Origin: Schizochytrium sp. TIO01
Lineage: Eukaryota > Protista > Bigyra: Labyrinthulomycetes
Assembly: GCA_004764695.1 (NCBI GenBank)
Contig: SMSO01000036.1
Location: forward strand, 1,116,001 to 1,180,000
DNA length: 64,000 nucleotides
Direction of reading: 5' to 3'
Position numbers and translations under genes: made by a program. The notes beneath the pieces are model-generated. The model was not told the origin of the DNA and made no database searches. It worked only from the letters and a program-made list of their open reading frames with translations. Position 1 is the stretch's first letter. Each line of letters starts with the position of its first letter. Shown here in pieces: positions 23,701-33,355 of this stretch.

Positions 23701-26700
23701 ACCTTTGATAGAATTTCCACCAATGCCTAGCTCAGCGTGAGGATCTGGCTCATGCTCCGCTGTAAACTTTGTAAATACACTCGCTGTCTCAGGATTTCGT
23801 GTTTTGCGAGTCAATTTTGTTGATTTACTGGCTACAGACCGCGGACTTCGGTTCGTACGTTGAGTACGGGTTCTACGAGTAGCAAGTCCAGGAACTGGTG
23901 CAAGAAGCTCTAAGCCTTGAAAGTTCGGGGATAAATACTGTATCAGAGCATGCTTAGAGATTGCTTGAGCAGCCTCTAAAGCCTCTTCACACGTACTCTT
24001 GTCACGAGTCAAATTGGCTTGCATTTGCACAACCTCCTGCTCCATTGCCTGCAAGGTATTTAGACGTCCTTCACACTGGGTTTTTATGATTTCGAGAGCA
24101 GCCTTTTCGTCAAGAAAAGCTTGCTCAGCTTCTGAAACAGTAGAGTCCGTAGCACGGGCTCTACGCGTCGCAGATTTTCTGCGCTTTCGTTTGTTTTGAG
24201 ATTCAGTCCATGCAGCGATATGCATATCAAGCGCTGCTGCGACACGTTCCAGATCGACCACTGCCTGCTCGGTCAGACGTTTGTGAGCAATGAGAACTAA
24301 TGGCATAATATGGCCCACTAGAGCGTCAGCTTTATTCACTGCAGCTATGTATCGCTTTCCTATTACTGCCAGCTGGGCCCAGCGCTTGAGGTGGCAAAGA
24401 ACTTGTAAGGCAAACCCAACAAGTCGTGAAGCCCACCATACATCGGGCGACGAGTTTGCGTCAAATGCCTCAGAATGCCGTTGACTGGATCTTGCTTCGA
24501 GCATCGTAATAACTGCAACACAGGCGCGGAAAATTGGTCGCCAATCATAGCACCCAGACTCAACTTGTGGCGCGTCAGCTGATTGAGAGTGGTGGCCGCC
24601 CATCTCTCCATGTGATGAAAGACCTTCTAGTCCTTCGCCATCGTCACCATGTCGTTTGGTTTCTTCGTCACGCGCAAGCTGAAGCTTTGCACGCAAGGCT
24701 GGAACTAGGGCCGCTTCACAAACTGCATCTTCTGTAAATTGAGTTGGAGAAACCCACGCATACTCGAGAACATTCCACAGCAGCTTTCCAATGCTTTCAA
24801 GTTGCTTCCACGAACCAGCAAACTTGGCACGTGACATCGAGCGGGACAAAAGATGAATTAATTGGGGAGTGTTGCCAAAAGCAGCTTTGTACGCTTCAAT
24901 ACAAGCCTTCTTTTCCTTTGTCCTAACACTTTCCAAACCACTCGAGGAGCCTTTGTCGCTCCCGTGCTTACTTTCCCCATCTTCCTCCTCATCCTCGTCC
25001 TCCTCTTCATTGCCTTCTCCAAGACCTTCAGAGAGACTATTAGGCAATGGCCTCAAACGTGGTACGGCAGGTTCTCCACCCCCTGACGATCCGTCTTTCA
25101 TGGGTTGCCAACGTAAATCTGTTTGTGGTCCTTCGTCAATAACACCCTCCATAAGCCGACCCTCCCCGACGTCATCATACTTTACTTTCGTATCCGACGC
25201 ATGAAGTAGTGCCCAGTCAACTGCTAACCACTTACGATATAAACATAAAGCACGCGTAAGCTCGAGCTCTGCAAGAATAATCAGCTGCTCCTGAGCTCGT
25301 TGATCTTCCGTGCTATCGGGAGTTTTAGCTGCCCGCTCTGATACGTATGTGGCTAAGCGAAATCGTCTTTCAAGATAGTCAAGGCGTACATCAAGTTCAG
25401 ATATTTGCTGACTGATTTGTGCAATCTCCTCTTGGTGAATTTCGCTCAGGTTTGCTTCTTTGTCCACTTCAACACCACTATTACTTTTCGTTGATCCTCC
25501 TGTTCGGTTGGTCTGCAAGCCACCATCATCTTGCTCATCATCAGCTTCAGAGGTTTCTACTCCTTCACCTCCTTCAGGATTTTGGAGACTCTTGACTCGA
25601 TTCAGTAACTCTTCACGCTGTGTGCGGAGAAAATCAATTTCTTCAAACCCCAGGGGGTCTGGGTCTTCAGAAATTGGGGCCTTTGTAGCGACAATTGCCT
25701 CCAAGGGCTCGCCATTTTCCAGGCGCTCTTCCAAAAGTACATCAAGAACAAATGGTTGAGGATGCGCTGGGCAATCTTTGTCAAGGTCATATAGTTCATG
25801 TTGAGCTTCATCGGCCCATTTCATGGTGTCACACGAACTCTCGCTTAGACTTTCCCTGCAAACCATCACGAGTAATTTAAGGAAATCTGGAGAGTTTTCG
25901 GCCTCGTCCGATGACAGAAGTTTCCAGGCCTGAGTTATATAGGCAGCTCTATGAGTTCCAGGTTGCGCTGCCCGAGACCTTGCAAGGTTGATGAGCACAA
26001 TCTCATCAATACCAAGCACATTTGCAGAAAGACTGTTCTCCTTCGCATCTTCACTGAGGCTTGATTGATCAAATTGGTGAGTATTACGAACTGTGTCATG
26101 AATCAACGATAGAATCCTGACAGGATCGTGCGTTAGATTGCCTAACTCAAGTCTCATCTGTGTCGCAAGAGCGTGTTGCTCTGGTTGGTTCTCGAGAACG
26201 GTTCGATCAGCATGAAATGCCTTTTCTGGAATGTCATCAAAAGCTGGTTCTTCGCCTTCTTTGATTTCCAATGCTAAATCTTGATCTTCTAAAGCTGGAA
26301 ATAGCACTTTTTGAGCAAGCTTTTCTTCTCCAGCGCTCGAAGTCAAACGCAAAATTTGATATGTGCAACACGCGTACATAGTACAGACTTTGTCAGTCCA
26401 CATTACCTGCGGGATTTGACGCAAAGCATATTGAGCTCCGATGAGGACGCGCAAGGTACTGTTTAGGGGTTGTTGAAGCATGAAAAGCCCTAACAATGTG
26501 TGATATATCGCACTTACAACCTCCAGCGTGAGCATGTTATCCTGCAGCCCACAGGCTGCATGCAAAGCAAGAGACAATGCCTGTGTGCGTCGACAAAGAG
26601 TTGCACTCGACTCTACGGCACTTCGTTGAATATCGAAGCGAGCAAGCATTGAAAGGTTGCTTGAAGGTGCTTTCCATAGGGGGCGAGAGTCATTTTCGAG

Positions 26701-29700
26701 TTTATGCAAGATAAGTGTAGACTTTACAAAACCTTGCAGAGTAGACTGGGGCGCAGCCATCAATTCATCACGAATCAGCCAATAGTCATCCCCGGGATGC
26801 TGCTCCCAAATAGGTTTTACCAATTTAGCTTGCATGAATGCATTGACGACATACGTTGAGGCCGATCTGCAAGCCTCCTTGCAGATGTTCACTTGCTCCT
26901 TGATTGATTTATGAAGGGACTGATAGTCTCGAGAAGGTCCCGTGATAATTGATTGAATGCATTGAAATGCTGTCAATGATAGCACCTGATAGCACGCTAG
27001 TAATGGCAGAGGTGTCAAGGTTTGAACTTCCATAGATGTTGGGCTAATTCCTCCTCCAAGCAACTCACCACTTTTGTTGAATGCACCAATTGCAAAGACG
27101 TATGTCTCATTAGGAACTAAACCAGAAACATGAACACACAAAGGTTTGTCAATACAATCGGATGCATTTGGTAGGATGGGAACACCAGTGTTAAGTAGGC
27201 TAGTGTTGGTCATGCTTACTTCTGTACCAGACCCTGCGGGTTTTCCAAAGAGTATGAAATGATGAACTTCTGATTCCGTTCTATTTGTTCGCAACTCAAT
27301 TTCAATAGAGGTGGCAGATCTCGCAATGAAGCAAAGTGATGGAACACAGGACGCAACTAGGTTTTCTCCACTTGAGGGTTTTTGGAGTTGCTCTAAAAAT
27401 TTTGATTCTTGAACATCAGCCTCGTTTAAAAACTTTGCTGCTGCCGTCAATACTTTAGCCTTCTCAGCGTACATATCGCGATGATATAAAGGTAGGGTAC
27501 AAGCAGCAAGGATTGCTCGCGCATACTTATTGTGCCGGAATTCCGCGGAGAGTCTCTGCTCAGTAGCACGCAATCTGTTGCTTAGGCCTGTGGGAGTGGA
27601 AGCTGCGGCATTAGATTTTGATGAGCCTTTTGAGTTGTCGGATTTTGCTTTTCGTGCAGACTTTCCGATATCTGTAATAAGCTTTGCGGCATTTTCCTCA
27701 GACCGTGTTATGTCGAATTCAATTGTAAACAAAAGTACAAGCATGTCACAGTGGATGGCTGCCAATGACGCAAGGCTACCTGCACCGCGGCGACCACGAA
27801 GTGTTTTCTCATTTGCTGTTAGTGAAGCTAAACCATCATTGGAACAAAGCTCCCCGCGTTGAATGTCGAGAGCTTGAAGGCCTCGCCTTAGAACCTGCAG
27901 CGCTGTACGGGATTCCTGTACGTCTTTTGCATGCAGAAAACCTGCATATCGCACTGTGATTATTGCACGCAAAAGAGCATCTTCCATATCACACGCGAGC
28001 AAAACAAAATTTGCACAATCGAGTACTTCACAGGTCAACTCAGCTAGAGCCGAATTGAGGTTCTCATTCGGCTTACTAGACCCTACTGTGTCAAGCATGG
28101 CTGTGCAAAATGGTGACCAGAGCATCAGGGCTGCGTCAATGAGAAGGTCTGGATCGCTCATACGCAAGGTGCCTGTAAAGTGCCGTAAGCTTTGTGAGAG
28201 GTACCGAATTGTATTTACGAAGATTAGTCGTCCCTCTACTTCAGCTTTTTCTCCGGAGACAAGCATTGCGTCTTCTTCAGCATTGTACCCGACCATACTG
28301 AGTAGGGACTTTGAATGGACTGCGCCCACTGCAACTGAATCATTCTCTTCTTGAGAATCAATATTGAGCGGCTCGTCTTCCAGAGTGCTGTCTTGTGGAT
28401 GAAGCTGCATGCTAACGAGCGTGAGAATACGTAGTAGTTCTATTTTGGCATCTGCTTCTCTGCTCAAGGGTTCTGAGCTCTCTGTGAGTGCCTTTAGAAT
28501 AATTGCGGCACCTTTTTGACAATCGTACTTCAGAAATGACTCTGCCAGATGTATGCAGGCATGAATTGGAAATCGTTCTTTCGATGATTGCAATTTTGAG
28601 TGCTCCAAGCATACTACTGCAGCCTCATAAACTACCTTTGCAACCTGAGAGAAACGCTGAAGTTCGGAAAGGTCAAGGTTGATACCATCGTGAACAGCTG
28701 ATGCATGTGCGCGGAGCTGTCGCGTTCCTGAGACTGACAAAATCTCAGACAAAGCTTCTAGACGCTCATAAGCTGTAGCCTTTGTAAATGCTTCTGTGTT
28801 GCAACTGTCTGAAAAACTCTTGCCTTCCAGGTCAATACCTAAGGACGTTTTCAGAAGATTCCCAGCATCCTCTTCAAGATGTTCACTGGCAGAAGGCTCT
28901 TTGCGTGACAATTCCAATAGCGAAAGCCGAACGATGGCAGCCTCAGCATGGCGCTGCGCTTTGTTAAGAGAGGTAAGAACACCTTCAGGGATTGGGGGAT
29001 CTTGCATTTCGTCAAGACGAAGCTGTTCAATTTGCCCCCGAAAGCGCTGCGCAACCCCAAGGGCAGCTTTGAGTTTGCCTAAAGATTCATAGCAAGTCCA
29101 AGCAGCTGTGTATAGCTTGACGCGTAGGTGGAGAAATTTTGTTGCGCAGAGTGGCAACTGTGACTCCACTGCCATGATGCTAAAGAGCAAATGGCTACGT
29201 ACAGTCTCTGCTTGACCGAGAACGATCATGGGCTCGCACAAATTAAGACACAGCTGAGCGGCGTTATGTGTTACCCAGTACTTGCTTTCCCGCAATGCTA
29301 ATGGATGTAAACCTCGGATCTCCTCATGAACTTTTCGAATGACCGATAGAGCTGCTGACACTACTTCTGTCACGCTTTTAGTTTTATTGAGTGGAAGCTT
29401 GAAGGAGGCACGACCAAAGGCAAAGGTTTGTTCCAGATAGCGAACCCACGCCTGAGCAGAACAAAGATTCGCTTCAAGGCGGTCTTCCAGTGAGTTAGTT
29501 ATCTCTTTACACGGCTCGAAACCAACACGGATTGCACCTTCAAATTCGTTGTGGGAAAGGAGAGTCTTTCCAATCTGCAGCAAGTCTGACGCAAGAGTCG
29601 CGCGGTTCTTTGGCCTGAGCACATCTTGCTTTGCATTTTCTGCAGCTTGTTGAAGTTTTGCAATGGAGCATTCCTTTTTGTTCACAAGATCTGACTCTGT

Positions 29701-29796
29701 GCACCATGTAACTGGGCCAGCTGCTCGAAGCTTATCGAGCTCTTCCTTTACAATGTTTTGGAATTTTTCCAGGGCACTTTGGCCCGCCCCTGCCAT
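20728..29796 (-). CDS. CFAP54: Cilia- and flagella-associated protein 54 (central-pair projection)
   Basis: 3022-aa intronless helical protein. N-terminal block YWVTHNAAQLCLNLCEPMIVLGQ...LRVKLYTAAWTCYE and central block VSGLVPNETYVFAIGAFNKSG resemble CFAP54 conserved regions. Confidence 0.8.
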   Translation of the reverse strand: MAGAGQSALEKFQNIVKEELDKLRAAGPVTWCTESDLVNKKECSIAKLQQAAENAKQDVLRPKNRATLASDLLQIGKTLLSHNEFEGAIRVGFEPCKEITNSLEDRLEANLCSAQAWVRYLEQTFAFGRASFKLPLNKTKSVTEVVSAALSVIRKVHEEIRGLHPLALRESKYWVTHNAAQLCLNLCEPMIVLGQAETVRSHLLFSIMAVESQLPLCATKFLHLRVKLYTAAWTCYESLGKLKAALGVAQRFRGQIEQLRLDEMQDPPIPEGVLTSLNKAQRHAEAAIVRLSLLELSRKEPSASEHLEEDAGNLLKTSLGIDLEGKSFSDSCNTEAFTKATAYERLEALSEILSVSGTRQLRAHASAVHDGINLDLSELQRFSQVAKVVYEAAVVCLEHSKLQSSKERFPIHACIHLAESFLKYDCQKGAAIILKALTESSEPLSREADAKIELLRILTLVSMQLHPQDSTLEDEPLNIDSQEENDSVAVGAVHSKSLLSMVGYNAEEDAMLVSGEKAEVEGRLIFVNTIRYLSQSLRHFTGTLRMSDPDLLIDAALMLWSPFCTAMLDTVGSSKPNENLNSALAELTCEVLDCANFVLLACDMEDALLRAIITVRYAGFLHAKDVQESRTALQVLRRGLQALDIQRGELCSNDGLASLTANEKTLRGRRGAGSLASLAAIHCDMLVLLFTIEFDITRSEENAAKLITDIGKSARKAKSDNSKGSSKSNAAASTPTGLSNRLRATEQRLSAEFRHNKYARAILAACTLPLYHRDMYAEKAKVLTAAAKFLNEADVQESKFLEQLQKPSSGENLVASCVPSLCFIARSATSIEIELRTNRTESEVHHFILFGKPAGSGTEVSMTNTSLLNTGVPILPNASDCIDKPLCVHVSGLVPNETYVFAIGAFNKSGELLGGGISPTSMEVQTLTPLPLLACYQVLSLTAFQCIQSIITGPSRDYQSLHKSIKEQVNICKEACRSASTYVVNAFMQAKLVKPIWEQHPGDDYWLIRDELMAAPQSTLQGFVKSTLILHKLENDSRPLWKAPSSNLSMLARFDIQRSAVESSATLCRRTQALSLALHAACGLQDNMLTLEVVSAIYHTLLGLFMLQQPLNSTLRVLIGAQYALRQIPQVMWTDKVCTMYACCTYQILRLTSSAGEEKLAQKVLFPALEDQDLALEIKEGEEPAFDDIPEKAFHADRTVLENQPEQHALATQMRLELGNLTHDPVRILSLIHDTVRNTHQFDQSSLSEDAKENSLSANVLGIDEIVLINLARSRAAQPGTHRAAYITQAWKLLSSDEAENSPDFLKLLVMVCRESLSESSCDTMKWADEAQHELYDLDKDCPAHPQPFVLDVLLEERLENGEPLEAIVATKAPISEDPDPLGFEEIDFLRTQREELLNRVKSLQNPEGGEGVETSEADDEQDDGGLQTNRTGGSTKSNSGVEVDKEANLSEIHQEEIAQISQQISELDVRLDYLERRFRLATYVSERAAKTPDSTEDQRAQEQLIILAELELTRALCLYRKWLAVDWALLHASDTKVKYDDVGEGRLMEGVIDEGPQTDLRWQPMKDGSSGGGEPAVPRLRPLPNSLSEGLGEGNEEEDEDEEEDGESKHGSDKGSSSGLESVRTKEKKACIEAYKAAFGNTPQLIHLLSRSMSRAKFAGSWKQLESIGKLLWNVLEYAWVSPTQFTEDAVCEAALVPALRAKLQLARDEETKRHGDDGEGLEGLSSHGEMGGHHSQSADAPQVESGCYDWRPIFRACVAVITMLEARSSQRHSEAFDANSSPDVWWASRLVGFALQVLCHLKRWAQLAVIGKRYIAAVNKADALVGHIMPLVLIAHKRLTEQAVVDLERVAAALDMHIAAWTESQNKRKRRKSATRRARATDSTVSEAEQAFLDEKAALEIIKTQCEGRLNTLQAMEQEVVQMQANLTRDKSTCEEALEAAQAISKHALIQYLSPNFQGLELLAPVPGLATRRTRTQRTNRSPRSVASKSTKLTRKTRNPETASVFTKFTAEHEPDPHAELGIGGNSIKGAVKAYVKAVEMMRQKQESALLAQALLELGNLQAAQGGKSGWNDAKASWSDAVDAVLHEVDSIKDWRSILEGIVKEFPSTETKWSCYDNFYTSAELLPSQSILAKFGVRGCVIAALCSTKLAMYLGTGDLSWAQERVRLAGWLFASLFGGSITHPTRTCDFAVLQVEELMPNLDNVLLNFQALRKPDIMQALQFVSQELAQSTRQADQLLSLPIICLYEYAARKWCFSAHAIIDSFLIRATALTSLGLISEAGFALREVLFGGHFLPELEDLVLASVEISRTSLEGSGGNEVFDPNELYHTFHERLALQKSVFTLSNTDAPWAAINRTGLKTLVKDDGFAAEPLPWIAHMMGSDLMLDFKLCKVKLLCQALRFWSPSESVEFSNNETEEAGPNREELLLLALRLVCPNITGDNNNEVATETTDGPGDPLLAQVQNFQLCEQLCVSEILLLNGSLQQCISFISASYKTLRSQTELSWLCSEESRIGSNREIRHWLLLRYNLLRAAELLGSSESTIEVCDVLAHDCHSNNEDDLFREVHYRKAEALARIGSPRQAYEASMEAVRMSAHARDLTFMKSELLAEQTLEAWRRFEHQSPGNATTDIPSKDPTALHLAFQAAEDALTAIGYFEPQELIPRTRRTLYSQLIVAYSVLGCSYGEECDSTEAFRKALEVASTSLIPIKWMQARALLGSKVPNLHQLLECAKMSCDAQGTSLEVGRKACAKIGAMTASKDWLRAAVRFGTALQALDSKLMEFASSVNLEAEADRRKSEMSLYFHDQLASDLGVRGLLSRLQREIFARTIGFDLDRYERVRALYQYFESLLADFKSKFVMPVNEVPGSVPVFDETSDFENNGSDETVSDEQVSESSSEFIALQWLKHIKKPDSLELLLLRPGSKKTIRKNIMLADIVRLRDDLARLESAAKQDMHLDADNEEREYSSRNETLQRALDALGANFSVENIDDSLLKGIRQLFEIRIGVFQENPAENLCSLLKTI

Positions 29797-30298
29797 GATT
29801 TAGCCGGGTTTCACGCCGTTTTGGAATTGCAAGACTTCAATTATCAGCAGTGCCTACAACAATCTTGCAAGCCTTTCTGTAGTAAACGCGTTTTATATGC
29901 AACCTTCAACAAACCTCCCTCAACTTCGATGAACCTTTGTTAGAATTGTATTGATACAACGCTACCCTCCCTTCTCCATGAAGGTCCACTACAAAGGTTT
30001 CCTACGCGTTGCTCTAATTAGCAGAAACTATACTTTGCTTCGTTCTTCAGGTGCCTTAGACTTTGTCCTCTAAGCTTGCCCTTTAAGACTCCCTCTGCTG
30101 ATCGTTCTACTGCCCACGCGGTCGGCAACCCAGGATGATTCTTCGCCTAAAGTTCTTGCCAGCAGCTTGTCCAGTTCGCAAGCAAGACCAGCGAATGCAA
30201 ATTAGGAATTACGTCAATGTCAACTAATTGCAAGGTCTCGTCTTTCCCAAACGGTCATAGCAATATGAACTTATGGAACTTATGGAACTTGTGGAACA

Positions 30299-32725
30299 AT
30301 GGCCGTAAGTCGGAGTTGTACTTCTTTTTGCTCAGTTCGATGTAAACTCGTCGCGGTTGATGAATTAATCACCCAATCAACCAATCTCGTTTCAGGGCTG
30401 CAAAGCCACCTTGCCTCGGTGGTCTTGATGAAGCGTGCGCGAAATAGTCCAGAATCACCTCGCAAGGAGCGCCTTGTCTCTACCTCCGCGAGGTTGCTCG
30501 CTCTGACAATGGGCTCTTCGTTCACTGCTGAAGAGGGGGCGGAGAGACGAAGATTTCTCAGCACGCCTTATGTCTGCGGAGCTCTTGAAACCCAGCATAG
30601 TGCGGCGGGATCTAGGAGCTCTTCTCACGATAGTGTGCGAGATTGTACGATTAAATTTAGGTCAGCTTGGAAGGGTTCTACGGATGCCAAGGGTAGCAGG
30701 AGGGTCCGAAGACAGTCCTTTCTAGGGGGCATTTTTTATGTTTTTGTAGTCTCAATTCTGATGCTAAGTTGGGGTTCGCAAAGATGTGTTGCAGAGCGCG
30801 TGTGCACGAGCTGTGATTCTGACGTTTCGGAAGATTATTTAACCACTGTTGTAAGACCGGTTCTCATTGACTTTTTTTACAACTACGATGGAATCGAGTT
30901 TGCTCGCAAAATAGGTGGTGCTGTACGACTTTTGTTCCACGACTCGGCTACGTACAATGCGACTTCGGATGATGGCGAACCCAATGGGTGCTTGGAAATG
31001 GATGATCCTGGTAACGGCGGTATCGCTCCAGTAACGGCGGCGCTTTCTGCACTTTATGTAGACCTCGACAAGCGTGACAACTTTTCACGTGCAGATTTTT
31101 GGCAATATGCCGGTCTTGTGGCTACAGATGTGGGTTTTGCGCGTGTCATCGCTGAGGGGGAAATATCCTCCGATACCTTAGACTCATACAATGGGACAGC
31201 CACAACAAACTATCGTTTTGGACGTATAGACAATGATGTCACATGCAACGCTTCTGGTTTTTGGAATGGAAGTGGAGAGAGCATAGAGTATGACCGGCTG
31301 CCGGTTGCAAACGGTGACTTCGCGCATATTTTCGGAATATTTGTTACGCGTATGGGCATGACACTGCGGGAGCTGGTGGCAATTGTGGGGGCTCACACCC
31401 TGGGTGCTGCTACCTCTGATGGTTCAGGAAATAATGGCATATGGGTAGAAAAAAATGACGTCTTTGATAATCAGTTCTACATAGATATGCTAGATATGGA
31501 CTGGACTAGAGAAATGGTTTACTTTGGCGTTAATAACAGCTCGCGTACATTTCAATGGATCGCTGACGCGGACGATGGCGTAGAATTAATGATGTTAAAC
31601 ACAGACCTTAGCCTGATCTATCAGCTTGAGCCAGCATCTACCTCAATAGATCCAACGTGTACGGTGACATCAAGCTGCGCCTACAATCTTAATGATGATG
31701 AACTTCAAGCACGATTAATAGTCGAAGAGTTTGCAGGTGGGGCGCGTGGTACCACTCGCAACTCGACCACAAAGCTACAAGGGATGGTGGCGTGGTATAA
31801 AGCAGTTGTGCCAGCATTTATTCATATGGGTGAGCTTGGGTACGAAGATTCTTTACTCGAGCCATGTGTTTTGGCTGCTGAATGCACCGGTGGGGTCGTA
31901 GATAATTCCTCACTCGTGCATACTCAGCTCACTATTCTGATTGACGACACCTACAAGTCTACTTATCATAGTACATTGGCGTTCCGTTCAGTTGTGATCG
32001 GAAATATTGCAGATGCATTTGACATGAATTCAAGCCGCATCACAGTTGATAGCGTGCGTTCAGGAAGTGTGATTGTAAAGGCCAGTCTGTATCTTGACCC
32101 GATTGATGACGCTCGCCAAATCCTGGTGCTTCGAGACGACGATACTGTGCTCAGCCTATTGCAAGGGGCCTTTGCGTCAGAAGTGAGCTCAGGAATAGTT
32201 GGCGAGCTAGTTTTAGTGCGAAGTGAGAGGATCTCATCACCTGTGTCAACACGTACTTCTGTGACAGCCTTGCCTTCGGATGTAACAGAAGACTTGCAAG
32301 GGCCCTTCCAATCATCTTCTATTAATGCTAAGTTTACGGTTGTTGGAAGCGCTGTGACAGGGCTGGTTGTTGTTCTCATCACGTCTATCCTCCTTTGCCT
32401 GACTTATTCGGCGAAGGACCCGATAGACTTGGAGAGTCAAAACGAAACTGCTCGACAGCAACGTGCGGCAGGTCGCTTGGCCACGTTAGCACCGCGGGAC
32501 TTTAACTCAGCAGCTCTTGACCTGTCATATGCATCGACCTGGGGTCCTACAGTTGATGAATATGCGGATGGAGACGATGAAACATCAGGAAAGAAGCATA
32601 GAAAGCACCGAAAGGGCAAGAAAAATCGTGGTAGTAGCAGTGGTAGTAGCAGCAGCGGTGGACACCGACGACATGCAGGCGATGATGATTCTCAGGAGAC
32701 AAGTCATCATCATCACCATTCCTAA
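30299..32725 (+). CDS. Membrane-anchored heme peroxidase (peroxidase-catalase superfamily) with SEA-like domain
   Basis: Distal VRLLFHD, SRADFWQYAG, FGRID, proximal ELVAIVGAHTLG, FDNQFY and MLNTD. Hydrophobic signal-like segment near aa 142-163, SVRSGSVIV, one C-terminal TM helix, Lys/His-rich tail. True start may be downstream of 30299. Confidence 0.87.
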   Translation: MAVSRSCTSFCSVRCKLVAVDELITQSTNLVSGLQSHLASVVLMKRARNSPESPRKERLVSTSARLLALTMGSSFTAEEGAERRRFLSTPYVCGALETQHSAAGSRSSSHDSVRDCTIKFRSAWKGSTDAKGSRRVRRQSFLGGIFYVFVVSILMLSWGSQRCVAERVCTSCDSDVSEDYLTTVVRPVLIDFFYNYDGIEFARKIGGAVRLLFHDSATYNATSDDGEPNGCLEMDDPGNGGIAPVTAALSALYVDLDKRDNFSRADFWQYAGLVATDVGFARVIAEGEISSDTLDSYNGTATTNYRFGRIDNDVTCNASGFWNGSGESIEYDRLPVANGDFAHIFGIFVTRMGMTLRELVAIVGAHTLGAATSDGSGNNGIWVEKNDVFDNQFYIDMLDMDWTREMVYFGVNNSSRTFQWIADADDGVELMMLNTDLSLIYQLEPASTSIDPTCTVTSSCAYNLNDDELQARLIVEEFAGGARGTTRNSTTKLQGMVAWYKAVVPAFIHMGELGYEDSLLEPCVLAAECTGGVVDNSSLVHTQLTILIDDTYKSTYHSTLAFRSVVIGNIADAFDMNSSRITVDSVRSGSVIVKASLYLDPIDDARQILVLRDDDTVLSLLQGAFASEVSSGIVGELVLVRSERISSPVSTRTSVTALPSDVTEDLQGPFQSSSINAKFTVVGSAVTGLVVVLITSILLCLTYSAKDPIDLESQNETARQQRAAGRLATLAPRDFNSAALDLSYASTWGPTVDEYADGDDETSGKKHRKHRKGKKNRGSSSGSSSSGGHRRHAGDDDSQETSHHHHHS

Positions 32726-32923
32726 AATTCCCATCATTTCCGGGCGCGGTTGTATATTAAGAGATAATCAAATATGGTCACTAGTTTGTTTTTATTTCAC
32801 ACAGTTCCCTGGCTTGCCTTTTGCGATAACAGCAGTTCTAAAAAGGAATGTTTTAAAGATACTTTTGATCTTGTACAATTTTCTTTGGAAAGTATCGTAA
32901 AATCAATTTCTTATTTAACAATT

Positions 32924-33355
32924 TTACTTTGAAAAAATGCGCTTCGCCTCTGTATCGCCAATTTTAAGTCTCATCTCTAGAGTAGATGCATCGAGAAGCT
33001 GACGCGTAATCGTAACCTCTTTCTTCGACATCAGTGTGCGCACAATCAATTCTGTACTACCTGAACCCCATTCTGCTGATGCTTGGACTGGACCATCTGC
33101 ACTGTCTACCATCTGTTTTCCGCCACCGATGATAAAAACATTCTCAATAATTCTCTGGCCTGTTGTCTTGATTGTGAGTTTGTCTCCATCAATTTTGATT
33201 TTCACTTGGTGACTTCCAATACCATAATTCATGGCGCTAGCAAGTTTTCTCTTCGCCCAACCCACCCCTACAGCTTTAAGAAACGCATCCATGTTCTCTT
33301 GATCTGTGTTTGTCCAATCACCACTCCATGCATCTTGACTTAAAACAGCAGTCAT
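32924..33355 (-). CDS. Fatty-acid-binding protein (intracellular lipid-binding protein) homolog
   Basis: 143 aa; WSGDW...ENMDAFLKAVGVGWAKRKLA matches the FABP N-terminal signature, IKIDGDKLTIKT and terminal AKRIFSK match the FABP beta-barrel; no signal peptide. Confidence 0.85.
   Translation of the reverse strand: MTAVLSQDAWSGDWTNTDQENMDAFLKAVGVGWAKRKLASAMNYGIGSHQVKIKIDGDKLTIKTTGQRIIENVFIIGGGKQMVDSADGPVQASAEWGSGSTELIVRTLMSKKEVTITRQLLDASTLEMRLKIGDTEAKRIFSK

Noticed and set aside
30267-30297. 9-mer tandem GAACTTATG (about 3.5 copies) as a regulatory element in the CFAP54/peroxidase promoter
   Set aside because: Real but short; indistinguishable from replication slippage without cross-species conservation.
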